From: Tubiluchus corallicola
Taxonomy: Eukaryota > Animalia > Priapulida
NCBI GenBank assembly: GCA_030141605.1
Contig: JAQGDQ010000036.1
Location: 124,001 to 188,000 of the forward strand
Direction of reading: 5' to 3'
Length of the DNA: 64,000 bases
Shown here: in pieces, positions 12,975-27,805 of the stretch
Numbering within the stretch: the first letter of the stretch is position 1
Layout: every line of letters starts with the position of its first letter
Notes under the pieces: model-generated
What the model was told of the DNA's origin: nothing
The model's database searches: none
The model's input: only the letters and a program-made list of their open reading frames with translations
Position numbers and translations under genes: made by a program

Positions 12975-15900
12975 CTGCAAATAAAAACAAAACGAAGATA
13001 AGTACATCTTTGGCTCCCTACAGTCACCAGATTATGCTAAAAAATCAAACGTTCGGGTGCCAGCATTAATCACTGTCAAACCAGACAGGTGGGACGGGAC
13101 ACAATGTGAGCATTCTTCCTGCCAGGAATTGCCAGCATCAATAATTACGCCTACTTTACATCTACTTTAAATAAACAAACATACTAGGTTCAATATGGAT
13201 GACCTCGAAATTAGCGCAACACTTTTTCATTCCGTAGCAAATTGAAGTGTTTCAGACTGAGCATCCGAGAGATATCAAATAAGCTCATACATTTACCAGC
13301 AATAACTCCGTAGTAAACAAGGTCGGCAAAAGTGGAAAAAACAGAAAAAGTTGCATAATTCTGAAAAACTAGAAAAGACAGGCCGCGCAACATTTACTAC
13401 GAAACAATACTTGCTGAAAACTGAAAAGGCCAGTATTATCTTTTGAAAAAGTTTAGCCATAGGCTACCTGTTGCTGGAGATGCTTGGAGTTCTATCGAAG
13501 CTCATCTCTAAAGATGTTCGGGATGCCTGCTAAACAAGCTCGGTGTATCTTCTAAAGGACCATCCTGACCATTTTTCAAATTTCTAAAGCGTTTATCCTA
13601 ATTTTTGTTTAGCTAGTGTTCATAGGTGTTAAATGAGGCTTCATTTTATTAAATTAACTCTAGCGAAATCGAACTCCAACAATCGCTTCGAGATTATTCA
13701 GTAATTTGTGGTGTGTTAACCTGCATCAGCTTCTCAAAAATGCATAAAATGGCACTGGCAGATACAGTAATAATTTTTCTGGTTCCCACCAACAAGTAAA
13801 AAAAAATCCCCAAGAACTGCGATCAACTTCCTGGCCACTTTATAAATTTAAAGTACATACATGTATTTGATGAAGAATCCTCTATTTAGATTACCATGCC
13901 ACTCTGCCGACGAAAACTTTTGTACTATTCCAAATGCCAAAATCAAACGCTTTTGATTTACAGACACAGGCGCAATTTTATTGTTTTTTCTTTAACAACG
14001 ACTATAAATAAACTAGCACAGTTAAAGGAAATTATATATGTATATATACAAATACTTCGTGATACTCTCTTATATCAGTATTGGGATGTATGAAATCAGT
14101 TCAGTTGCTAGGCCCTTAAAGGCTTAAAAGAGCTATAAATAACATTATTATGTTGCCCGACTGTCAAAACTACTTCAAGATCGTAATTTCGTGCTAAATG
14201 AGAAAATTTACGAGGTTGTTGTCAATAAAAAGGCGATGAAATTACACCTGACCATTTTTATGGCTGTTAACGGTGATTTACTTGGCAACGTTTGACAACA
14301 TGGGTTCAATGTGTAAAGTAAAAAGACGACTTAGTGTGGAAAGTTTGATGTTAACACTCTAGCTTAACTACTAGTGTAGAATGATTTACAGGACTCCGAG
14401 CTTTGTAAATGCTACGTTCTACCTTTTTTCGGTTTCCTAATATAATTTCATTGGTAGCAACTGCTGTGACAAGGGAATCAGTAAACGAGCAAAGGTTTTT
14501 TCCATTTTTCACATTGTACACAAAACTAGCAGAAATCTAACTAAACATCTAAATTCTGAAATTTTGCAAGATTTCCGAATAAGCAGAAACAAACAAATGA
14601 CCAGACAGGTACTACTAAAACGCACTAAAAATACGTGCAAGCAAAATCATCATCACACAACTTACTAAAAAATTATGCCATTGTTTTTTTTTATGACGCA
14701 CTACATCCACAATGGAGAAAATTAAATAGAAAGTAAACAAAAAATCATTAGAACCAAACCCAGATTTGATATGCCCTCATCATTACACCCTAGATATATT
14801 ACATGCTAAATATGAGCCCAATGTTTCGATGTTTAGAAGGCACAGCTTCGGCAATAAGGAACTGTTCCGAGAAACAAATGCCTCCAAACGGGCACTTGTC
14901 ACAAAACGCTACAGCAAGACGCACTGGATACATCATAGGTATCAGCCTTAACTGAATCCTAATAGTTTGTTCAAGTAGTTCTTAAACCCATCGACGCACG
15001 GAAGAACGGCAAACGTGGGCCAGGACATGTCTAATTCTAAGTGATGCCAGTTAAGCACTGGGGAGGGAATAACAAGATAGGACTGATAAGTATTTGCTTT
15101 CGGCAAATAACCTCATAAAGGCCTGCAAGTCTACAAACATAGGGTTGAAAAGAACACACAAAGACTAAACTTGTGCTCAGTTAGTCCGCCAGATGACAAA
15201 TAGATGTTTTTCAGTTTAATCACTGGCGCATAAAATACAGATATTGTCCAAGTATTATCCCCTCGCCCAAATCCACTGGCCTTTTCAAAGTATCGTGAAC
15301 GTGCGCTACACACATTCTAATGCTGTTCCGTTTAATCCTTGTACCCGCATCTAACAGCAGGTAAACCCGGTCCATTAATACACCTCCCTAGCCGTTGCAT
15401 TTAGTGTCCACACTAACAATTTGAATCAGCTTCCCATTATGTTGACATTAGATTTAAAACTAACAAAAGCGCAAGTCAAAAGGCAATCTAGGAGGGACCA
15501 CACATGCACCTGAGCGGCATAATACACAAGCCGGGTTTATAAAATAATAAATTGGTAGTTAGCACCGCAGTCATCGTAATATTACGGCGTATTTTACGGA
15601 TACTTATGACAGCTGTGAGATTCAGCTTTTCGTTACGAACGGGAAACGTCTTTTTATAGTGAGTTTACAAGTTTTTGTAATGATAATATCGTAATATAAC
15701 TAATTTGAGTTGAAAAATAACAATTCCACGAAGCTTTCCATGTCCTGCTGACACGATAAAATTATCACAGCACGAAGTCGTAATATGTTTGTTAAAAAAG
15801 TACCGTCTCTCTACAAACTATGCAGGAAAGGAATACTTCTTCCTACTTATTATGGAAACTTCTTGATAGTTGAAGGTGTCGCACAAACCTGCTACAATTA

Positions 15901-18900
15901 TTCCTACTATAGACTACTAAAGTGTGAAATATTTCTCTAACACAATAACAGAAAAACCGACTTTCGCCAAAATATTGTGAAAGACCTGGCTGGCAAGCAA
16001 TACTATGAAGTCACGCCTATGTTAGTGTTACAATAGCTGAGTGTACCAATGTTTTGTACGCCTGTTATTTAATTATGCGCAAAATGGTTTCAAGAACTTG
16101 GAAACAAAATGAATGTTGAGTTTCAAACCTCGCAAACAATACTGAAAAACTGATTAACTTTCCTTAAAATCACAATAATAAAAACTCAAGCAATGTGTAC
16201 ACATATTTAAGACAAACCTATATAGCATACAGTGATATTAATAATTTAATGAAAGAGAAGAGGAATAAACAATTTAAACACGCGCAAAACTTTACCGCTT
16301 CTTCTGATTTTTAGACGTACTATACTACCTACCTGATTTATTCACATCTACATAAGCTGATGTCTCATTGCTCACTGGAATTGTATAATTACTTTGACAT
16401 AAAGAAGGTGATATCAAAAGACAAACGCTCACAAATAAACCGAACAACATGTTTCGTCGGACACAGCTATAGAACTGACCGAATCCTGTACTCCATGCAG
16501 CAATGATCTAAGCAAGAATGAACACTGAACAGAACCAAGCAGCGGTCTGCTCGCTCGACTGCCGACGCCGATGCGGCTCGTTTTTTCCCGATCTATCAAC
16601 ACAAATCAACACAACACAAGCCAGTATCACTCTCACCTCTACAAGTGTCAGGGCCGTACATATCTATCTGTCCAGTCTTCTTCATAAGGCACATGAGCCA
16701 ATATACTGTGTTTTTTTACAATTTGAACAAATATCTATAAGTGCAATGTTTACTCTACATTGAAAACATGCTTTATTGTTGTATATAAAACCTCATACAC
16801 GACAAGCGATGTTTTACTTGGTCGGAGAAAACCTACATTTCACTCCTGTTAAAACTTTCTTGCAGGTTTCGTTCACTAACTGAGAAACTGGCTGACTCAT
16901 TCTCAATTACACTACTTCTGAAAACCGTAGACAAAACTATAAAAGAAACATTATATGGATTCATATCAACACGTTTAAAACTAGTCACTATCAACTTAGT
17001 GTAATTAAAATATCATTTGTAAGGATGATGTGAATAGCTATATTTATCATCAAATTATTTGCAATTTCATTCAAACACGAAAACGGCAAGCTGCGATTCA
17101 TATTTTGTATTCCAAACACGCATTATCAATAAGCCATTATCAATACTATCTATATCGTGTGCATTTAGTAAGAATCTTGCTGCACATTACCAAACTGTCG
17201 GTGAGCTTAATTTTTATATTATTCGTTCTTTATTTGTGTAGACTGGAGCTATAAACAATTTTATAGAGCAGGACCTATTATAAACCAATATCGGTACCAT
17301 CAAAAGATCTCTAGGACGCGCATACGGTAGAGCTTTATGTATTTTAACTTTAAACACGCGTTAGCCAGCATTGCTAAACAGTAAACAACAATCTGCACGG
17401 AGTGTTACACTATACGGCTTAGAATGATTGATCAGTATTTTAATTGCAAGTGGTAAGGGATTTGGAAATGAATGAGCTAAACTAGTAAAGGCACGTATGC
17501 ATCGTTAACTCTTTAGCAGTCTGAAAATAGCAGCAAACAAAAAGTTTAACATAAACTTTTTTGACAGCTGAACCTGGTGCTGACAATAATCTCCCATTTC
17601 TTTCTATAGCTTAATTTCCTGCTTACGTTGGAATTTGCAAAGTAAAATCTTGAACGGTGGATCCATAATGTTACTCAGGCAATTAAACTAAAAATGGGTT
17701 TAAGACTCTCTAAAACTTACATGATTTACTTGTAAAAAGCTGTCCAAGTAAGGCAGTGATAAAGAGTTTGGCCGTTTTAATGACTTTACTTTAGCAAAAG
17801 CCCAGAAGAGCCTCAAACACAAAATTCACATTTCAGACTGTAATGCGAGCATAATGAATCGCCCCATTACTACATGGCGCTAACCACTATCCGTTTGGGT
17901 TTTGCCTTCACTACTTAAAATCGCTGTCATTGGTTACTACGGGTAGCTTAATACTTGTAATATATGTATGGTAAGGATGTTACAGGTACCCGTGTTTTCC
18001 CCTGGCACTGAAACAAGAAAATTGGTATTAGTTAGTGAAACACTCTGATTCTAGCAATAGCACATTTTTACTATGCGAAAAACTAAATGAACAATATCAA
18101 TTAGGCCCAAAAAAATTCTTGATTATAGCTCTTAGTACTGAAATCAAAGTGCTCGAATTTTAGCTATCTCCAAATTACTTAGGAATACAAAGTACAGATA
18201 ATGTGCAAGTTCTTTTTGCCTACACACTTTTTCATAACTTAAATTCGTAATTTTTTTTATTTAAATAGCAAATAGCATAATTATAATTACCGATGAACAA
18301 ATTTTCAAACTTAAATGGAACCGCCATATATTAATACTCATAAAAAGCCAAAAGCAGCGCCTAGAGCATCTGCTTTGAATACGCCATGCTTACCAATTTA
18401 TCAGAATCGCAAGTTCGTAGTGGACAGTGTGCGTGGCTTCTCAAAGTTCGACGGCGTCAGAGAAGATTTTAACAGCATAACTGCAAAAACGCGTACCGGC
18501 AAAAGCACCCGTTAAATCTAACGCACGCAAAACCGTTGAGAAGCTTATGTTGTTAAGAAAATAAAAGCACATCCATACTACTTGCGTGTCAAATGCCGTA
18601 CATCATGCTCGCGCGAACGTATATTCATGCGTTGGAACATTAAATTTAATACACAAGATGCCTTAAAAACTTTTCCCACTAACTGCATGAAGTGCAAATG
18701 AAAACATAATGCACGAGGATAACTGCATAATATAATGCAGTAGCAGCCTCAAACGCAACTTTATCTCTAGAGACAAAAGCCACATAAAATCAACTGGGGA
18801 GAAATCTTCGACTATAATAATTTTACAGCGGAATGATAAAAGGCAACATAAAATCAAGCGAGAAAATCTTTTTCCGGCTATTTGTAGCCATGAAGTTGCA

Positions 18901-21900
18901 ATAAATGCAGTTATAGCAAACGCTGGATTGAGATTTATAAGACTGAAGGCAGGGAAATGGTTGAAAATTGAAATGAAATATACCGATATTTTTTGAAGAT
19001 GCAGGAAAGCTATAATGCAAGTGTAGTCTGAAATGTCGTTGAAACGAGAAGTGTGTAATTTGCGTAGAAATTTGAAGAGATCAACATGGAAAGTGTTGTC
19101 AAGCACAATGATTTCGTGACCACGTGACGAAAAACGCATCCACTGATGTTCAATAAGATGTTCGGCAGGTTGTTTTTATTTTAAAATGAAAGGTTTGGTT
19201 CAATAAGGGTGAATACATACTAAAAAGTCGACATTAAAAGTTTACTTTTTTCAGTGGCTCAGGCATGGTGCAGTAATGTTGTCAAGCAACTTCAAATTTT
19301 AATCGATTAATCGAAAAAATTTTGAATTACAACCAAGGGTGCTTTTCCGTGGAATTCACTGACAAAGTAAATCTTTTTGAATAGGAACAAGATGTGCACA
19401 AAGCAGTTGAAATTCTCTGATTCAACCAAGTCTTCGCTAAAATACTTGAAGAGAAGTGGAAAAACTATTATTATTAAAGTATACGCCCTAACTATCTTAT
19501 AAAACACTTAAAGATATTATTCTTTTGTTAAACAGTGTCGCCACAGAAACTCCCAATTGGCAAATATTTGCGCCTCTAAATAATTGATACTGAACTCTTC
19601 ATACTGCCTTTACACACAGCAAGTTAATTGTAAATATGAAAGTATATCTGAAGTAATATAAATCGCATGATAATAAGGCTATATAATACATGCACTATGG
19701 TACCAAAGTAACTGCATGCGTTATCACAAAGCTAAATTTTAAATTTTATTTAAATAAATACGAAATTTTTCCGAATATAGAGACAGGCTGGAAAATACAA
19801 GTTAAAGTATCTTTGTACTGAAATTTATTAGGGTTTACATTTTAGTTTTTTCTGTCTTAAGTACTTTTGAAATCTCATATTCAAAGACATTCCTTACAAG
19901 CTTCACATTGCGAAACGTGCGAGAATATTTCTGACTGGAGTATTGAGTTTTATCTTGTTTACTGGGTACCCGTTCATCCGTAATGTAGTTTATACTATAA
20001 ACCAAATGTTGAGAGTGAGGAACCCGGCCAACTCTGAATATTTTTACGTGTAATGTACACAACATCAGCATTCAGCACATCACCTGTGCATACACATCCG
20101 CTGCCACATCATGCATAGTGTATAGATAAACAAAACCCTAGAGCGTTTACATCGTAAAAACACGAAACTTTGCTGAAATTGTTTAAAATTTATCATCATC
20201 ATCCAAAATGTCGAAAACGCTTTCTCTGTGCAAACGTACACAGTTAGGAAAGCAGATTAATTACAAAAACTTTAGCAACTAATAAAATCTCAGTCGCAAA
20301 ACTGAAAACATGGTACAAAAAATCATTCAAAAACCAATCTTTACAAATACAAGAAAAAACACCCAAGGTATTGATTTAAAAATCAAATAATAACTGCGTT
20401 CTACCTTTCACGTTTTCATGCTCTTGATTTTATTTGAATGTAAAGCCTAATTCACAACAAATGTGTTCGTTCAATTATGCCATTTGATTAATTATCACAA
20501 CTTGTTAAACGACAAAAAAGGATACCTCAAATAGGTTTCAGAAAAATCGCCTTAAAATTGTATTATATTATAGCAACTTTACGCGTATATCGTACTCAGG
20601 CTGAAAGGATTTTTTGCTTGTTTTCATTTTAAATCTCACGCAATACTGTTCCGACCGCGCCATTACATGACGCCATATACGCACAACGTAAATCAGGGGA
20701 AGAAAAGGGAAACGTTAAACTATGTCCCAAAAGTTTCCATGCAAAGTTATGTTACTTGGCATTTCGCTTACCTGCTTGAAAGATTTATGTAACTAGAAAA
20801 GAAAAGTAATAATCATTTAATATGCTTTCACCAATTGGTAAAATGTCGCTGACACACCCTCCAGGGTGCACCACTTATTAACCAAAAATGGATTTTTAAC
20901 CTTATTGATGAGATACAGTACTTTAAAATTTTACTTAGTGATATGTGCACTAAAAATGCTCTGATTATTTTTTCAAACTTTGCACAATGTTATCTAAACT
21001 TGTTTCAAATGTTATCTTCAAAATGGCTGCGTCTAATGGTCATCGCGGGAGTTTAAATTTACATGTTTTACAGCATTACTGCCGATGCAAGTCCTGTATG
21101 CAAAAAGACAGTATGTAAGTCGTATAAAATTTCAAGCCGAATTTTGTAAGCTTTATGTAAGTGGAAGGTTTTCTTGTGCTAAAAAACACTAAAAAATTGA
21201 CGTTTCTTCAGTGTTTCTAGGCATATCATATTAACCAGTCTTAAGGGTTTCTTTGTTGAAACTCATATTTCCTGCTATCGCCACACCGTGCCCGAATGTC
21301 TTGAAGTTAATAAATGAGAGTGAGCAGCTGTAATCTGTGCACCAGCACACAACCCCCACGACGGGTGGGGAAGGCGGCCTGTGACACACTTTTAAAGCAC
21401 GTCCTGCTTGAGCACCACGATAAATAATACTAACTAATTAGCCATCGATTCAAATCGTTTCTATCAATAAACAAAATATAAAGAGTTAGGTTACTGTGCG
21501 GCTGATTTATCACATCATTGCGGAAACTTCAAGCTAAGCACATTAAAATCAAATCAATCTCAGTTCAACTGCAGACAGTCAATAAAAACTTAAATACAAC
21601 ATGAAAGCTGCTTGATGGGCATTGTACAGAAACGTTGAAGAAACATTTTTTTTCTTTGAATACAATATTAAGTAACCTGCTCAAAGCTCATTACAGCTAC
21701 AAAAGCAAATCTGCAAGCACTTAGGCTCGTAACATAAATACTAGAAAGCGCCATAATTAGTGAACCATTCTGATACATAGAGTTAAGCTGAAACTTCTTT
21801 AAAGCCACTTTTCAAACGTTAAGAAAACAATAGTACAATATATTGAAAAAGAAATGCAAGGATATAAACTGCGCTTACAGAGACCAGCAATGAAACAGAC

Positions 21901-22335
21901 CTAATATGACTCACAAACCCAATACACTGCCAACAAGACTTAGTGAAACAATTAATACATGTACTTGGAATAATTTATGTTCTTGTTAGAATCTCACCCC
22001 TGCACTGAAGATCGCTGGTCTATTTATAATCATAAGCAATTATTAAGTTTAAAATAAATAGGCCTGCAAATACAATTTACAGTTTGTGTGAACTGTGTTA
22101 GAATTTATTTATATGTTTTGATTGATTTTATAGGTTTTAATTTAGCATTTAATGTGCAAAAACTTGCACACAGATAAATCCAATGCAAAAATACGCTCTT
22201 CATTTCTAAAAACTTTTTACTTCCTAACCGACTTCTTTATTGAAAAGGTAACTATTTCTGCCGCTAACACTAACTAGCAAAAGGTAGGTGGCAGTCTAAA
22301 GACACACTTTATAACTGTCACACTTGAGAATATCA

Positions 22336-22351
22336 CCCGTAGATGGCACCA
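22336..22351 (+). promoter_or_regulatory. CTCF-like motif
   Basis: CCCGTAGATGGCACCA matches consensus CCASYAGRKGGCRSYR at 15 of 16 positions; binding not shown. Confidence 0.4.
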
Positions 22352-24015
22352 CTAACATGCAAAAGTTCGGCACTCGTCACGCACGTAACACTATAGCAAA
22401 TTCTATAATGCGCATGTACAGATAGCCCTGTTGGTTCTCTTGTAAACCACACCTGCTCCAAACACAAACACACCCTCTTAGTGAAAGCGATTCATTCTAG
22501 AACATTTTATCGGCAGCAAATTATTAAGAAAATTCATGAAAAATCAACATGGAAAAGCTTACGAAAACATGATGCAGACAATTACTCATATACTCGAGAA
22601 TAAAGCCCTATAGAGAACCACCCAAAAGGAACTATAGCTACATGTAAGCTCACAGGGGCACCGAATGTTTTCAGATATGCATTTGCTTTCAGAATTGGCA
22701 AGCTAGCGTCCTAATGTGTATATATCTAAAACGTGAATCAACCAGACACGGTAATGCACTGAGTTCAAACAATGTTTGTCGGCTACTCTTTCTTGTAGTA
22801 AAAGCTTTTTTGTTTTGCTAGGAGGAGGTATTCCATGCATGAACTGCAGACGTTTCAAGTTATTCTATGGATTAGACGTTTACATCTGCTATTATTATGT
22901 CCGTGTGTCTTTCCTGTACAATATTGACTAAGTGGACTAGGTATTGTTTACTAGGCATGATTACGAATAAAAGTTCAACCACTGATGTTCAGTTTGTGGC
23001 TACAGACTACAGTAAACTCAAGATTAAAGGTAAGTTCATATAGAGGTACGTAATTGTTTAATCCAAGATGAATTACGTTGTGCTGGCAAAGTGAAGTGCA
23101 GTAAGTTCAAAATTGCAAAATGTAGCTCCATGAAGACCAATAGCATATCTGCAGATTCTCAAACATGCAAATCAGTAACTGTTTCACTACCTGGTAGCGC
23201 TATAATGAACAGTTCAACTTCTATATGATTATATACGTTGCTCCATACTTTAAGCATTTAACGACTAGCAAATGCCATTAATTTTATACTCCTTATAAAT
23301 AAAAATAGTTGTCATCATTTCGTGTAAAACTGGCCGAATAATTAATACTATAAACAACTGGCTGGCGGGCTTCTTTAGCTATTGTAACTTGTTCAAAAAC
23401 TATGCGGTGATCTCATTTAACGCCGACAATACATTTTCATTGTTGTACTTGAAGAGCAGCAACAAATACAGCTGCCCTGTAGTGCTTTCATTGCTGAATA
23501 GGAATACCAACAGCTCTGGTATGCACACAATACGCACACACTTGCGCACCCTGATGCACACAAATGCAGACTCACGCAAAAATAACACAGATTCTAATCA
23601 GTGTGTGTTTACACAGATTGCACAGACATGCAGAGCTCACAGAGATGTCCATCGAGTTAAAATTCCAGAAGTGAAATTCAACGAGAGTTCACGTCTTATG
23701 GAAGCCGTACATTTTTACGCAGCTCAACTCACACAAGACAACTGGCACTAAAGTCAAGTGCCCGCAACGAAAAGTAAAGTTCATTTGCATACAAATATGA
23801 AAATGAGCCTGCTAGTAACGGAAGGTATCTGTCGACATTCTTCTTGATTACATGATTATAATTTAGCGGGGCTTAACAATTTCTGTATATATGCATGCTC
23901 ATACCGCAACTCACACTAGGTGATAACTTAAAAGACGAAAAACCAAGTGGACCTCGCTTAAGTAGGTGTATCCATGAAAGACGTTCTTCATGAACACGTT
24001 TTTGCAATCCCTTTA

Positions 24016-24065
24016 CTCTCTCTCTCTCTCACACGCACGCACGCACGCACACACACACACACACA
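24016..24065. repeat. Compound microsatellite (CT)n(GCAC)n(CA)n
   Basis: Directly visible. Confidence 0.95.
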
Positions 24066-25560
24066 AAGCTGGAAATGAGTCTAAAAAATATTGAAATTGT
24101 ACCTAGAATAAAAATAAAACTGTCTATAGAACATAACTTAAATTTTACGATTAAAGTTTTATCACTGTACTGACCATTTCAGGAGTCGCAGCTTTTGCTC
24201 TAGAAATCTGTGTTATTCAAGCAAAACAGGTGTCCGTTATTTAAAAGTTTGGATGATTTTGCAGTTGTCCAGAAGCTAATACTATATATGTCTTTTGCAG
24301 ATTGGAGATAAGACCGGAGCAATATAGATCAGCTCTTCAGGGCGTGGTTCGTTTTATGGCTGGCAGATAATAGGTGTGGTTAAAAATCACGGTATCTAAG
24401 GGTCGAATGAGTGATGGGTAGCACTTGGTGACCGATTTCCGGCTCTGCTCTCCGTTAATCAGAAATAACCTATATTCTAAGCTTACCTGGTATCAGGTTT
24501 ACCCACTTTGTTCAGAAAACAAGATGCACTCAAACTCATGAAAACAACTACATTTACTCCCATCTCTTCAGTTTACTGACCACTAGAGGTGCTTGATGAT
24601 AACCTTCCGCTCAATGCTGTTAATATTTGGGCAGCAAACACGCGAAATCTGCTATTCTGCTACTGTCCTGATCAAACAACCATCATGCATCGATTTTAAC
24701 TGTCATTTGCCTGAATTTATCATCAGTATTTATTGGCACGATAACTACATCAAACTAACAACTGTGAAAAAATGAACATTTCTATATTTCCCGTAAATGC
24801 GAATAATTAGAAAACAATTATCATGTAATCACAACTCTTATACATTTATATTAAACAAGGTGTCCAGGCTAATAAAACAGTAGTGCCGATAAAAAAATCA
24901 TCGACAAAAGCAGCGATAGGAAGCTTTATCAGCAACAACAACAGGTATAAAAAACATTGAAAAGCCTAAACGCAAGCTTACATGCTTAACCATATTACTG
25001 ACAGCAATAATAAACGAGCAAGGATAGCAACGACAGCGACATCATCAGGCGACAGCAATTTCCATTGGGTTTTTCGGCGAAGAAACACGTTACTATACCA
25101 GAGATAATAAATTTGCATTTGCTGTCATTCATAATTTCATCGACATATGATCTTCAACGGACACAGGTTTGGTGACAACCTTGGGAAGGCAAAATAACTG
25201 TTAATTGCTTAGAGCTTTATAATGTGTCCAGCAGGTTTTAATACTTCAAAGCACCGGCGATGACAACTACTACACAAAGACACATTTATAAAACTTCCGG
25301 TAACAGCAAGACTGCAAAAATGACAAATATTTGCTGGGTAGCACGTTCATTATGATTTAGACAAAACAATGAGGGCAGCAAAAATATTTGCAATGGTCAG
25401 TCCTCAGACTGGTCAACAAACCGAACATCAGGTGGGTCAGGAACAGGATAGAATCTAATTAGCCATTCACAAAAGACGCTATAAGAAAAATAATGATAAA
25501 CAGCACAGAACAAACAATGATGTTGTGTTGTACATGTTCAGAAGTTTAAAATAAAATAAT

Positions 25561-25683
<123 letters not shown>

Positions 25684-27768
25684 TTAATATGGGTTTATTA
25701 CATTTATGTATATTCAATCCTAGAGTTCTTCAATAGTACTGTTTTTAACTAAAATTTGCAGATCTATAGTGTGTTAATTTATTAATTTGTTTAGATTTTG
25801 TTAGAACAATTAAAAAATGATTCGCAGGTAGGTAACACAATATATACTGCAGAATTATAAAGGAATTTAAAATTTCAGATATTGGTTCAACAACATCCAA
25901 CAACAATACACCAAAAAAGCAAATGTTGATAGGCCAGTTTCCACGAAGGCTACTGAACCGCCATAATAAATTTTTAATCGTTAAAATGACGATTCTTTGG
26001 GAAACGGCTGCTCAACTGCAAAATTTAATAAAAATGATGTGGCACTGTGCAAACAAATGAGGCATAATTAAACCATTTGCCGTGCACGCATATGAAATCA
26101 GAACGAAAGCCTCATCAACTAAAATACTGGTTAATATTGAACTTGTAATTTGATAAATCATTCAGAAAACTCGGATACAGCCTACAATATTTTGACAAGA
26201 CACGAGGCAAAGACAGAAATCTTCTTAGACATATTAATTCAATCTGAAAAAATATTAGAATCAATTAACAGACTAAACAAGATTTGTCGACTCATTTGCA
26301 TTGCTTTTATTTTTGAATGAAGTGAATACATTGTAACCAATGTGTGTAATTAGTGGCTCTAATAAACTACATCTGACAACCATATAACAAAGACAAAATT
26401 GACTAGGATTTAATAAGATTAGTTGTTATGCTAATAAGAATTCCAAAAAAGCCTAGTTCCAATGGTAACGTGTTTTATTCTGAACATTCACGCACTGCAC
26501 TGACCGGTAATTTAAAATTATACAGTATACACTATGCAGCAATAAAGTTATATGATAGCAAAGTGATTATAGTCAATCAAAAGTGTCAAAGTGGATAATT
26601 CGTTGTTTTTCAGTAAAATTCTTATAAATTGCAAAGATTTATATCAACTTTCAGAGAATTTCTCACATTCACTTTATACCAAAGGCTATATGGCTCATCG
26701 GCCTGCCAGCAATCATCTGAGTAAAATTCCTCAATGCACGGCTTTCATAGTGATCGAGTCGACTCTGTCGTAGTTATCAACGTCATACAATTCTGCCTTT
26801 TATGAGTGCACTACGGACACCACAATGAACAAATTGCAATAATTATAGGGTAATTTACAGAAAAGCTCTCCTGCATGAGAAAACACCTGTCTAGCCGTTC
26901 CTTCACCGCTCTCGTGATCACAATCAGCTCCCATTATCAATACATATAGCTTGGGAGGCTCTTTTTTCTATTTACCACTTTGTGTAGTGTGCACTATAAT
27001 CTCGTGTGTACTGCAGGATGGCCATTAAATGAGATGATTTGGACGAAATTTGGAAATGGATCAAAATTTTTCCAAATGCATAATACCATAATGGGCCCGC
27101 TGTTATAACCGAAGCTGTCCATTGTGCAGAACTATTTATAACCAGAAATGCCTTCCAGTTCTACCTGCGAACTCTGAACTTTGATTTATTTTATCTAAAT
27201 AAACGAGATTAATCGCAGCCATATAAACTGGATGGGATGAGTAGTTCTTGAAAATGACACCACCATATTTCACGTGGTGAAAATTCCCAAGCACTAAATT
27301 GTAAATTGCAGACGAGTGGTAAGTAAAGCATGTTGTGTGCCTATGTTTTGACATGTCTAGCAGTTAATCAATATTTCTAATTAATGACCCGCTAATTAAT
27401 AATTGACTTATCGATTACTCCGTTTGCTATTGTGAAGTTTCAAACGACGACTGTAGAAGTGCAGGTTTATTAGATTGATTTTCCATCAAAAAGCAAATCA
27501 ATGTTGAATTTATGCATGCAGAGAAGCCAATGGCCTATAATTATCTAATATACGTTTTATATGTATTGTATATAGAATACCTACGTCTCTTCGTGCCACA
27601 GCAATCTATAATATTATCAGTTCAGTGCATCATGTAAACATGTAGAGAAGGCCGTGTTGTTTTTCTGCTTTAACCAAATTTCGTTACTAAGCTGCACATC
27701 AAAAACAGTGAATTCAATATTTCCCGTTAATGAAGAAATATTTTAACTTGCCTAAATATTAAACTTAC

Positions 27769-27805
27769 CTTGAATTGTATCATTGATGCACTGCCAAAAT
27801 TTTTC
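27769..27805 (-). CDS. RECK: RECK exon, 37 bp (EKFWQCINDTIQ)
   Basis: Acceptor ttttcgtttcag, donor AAG|gtaagt; phase 0 to 1; WxCxNxT corresponds to vertebrate WNCMNSS. Confidence 0.9.

Noticed and set aside
13748-13800. AATGGCACTGG, miR-263/183-like 5' end
   Set aside because: No complementary 3' arm to form a precursor.
18663-19139. 158-aa hydrophobic minus-strand ORF
   Set aside because: No recognisable domain or splice context; composition typical of chance AT-rich ORFs.
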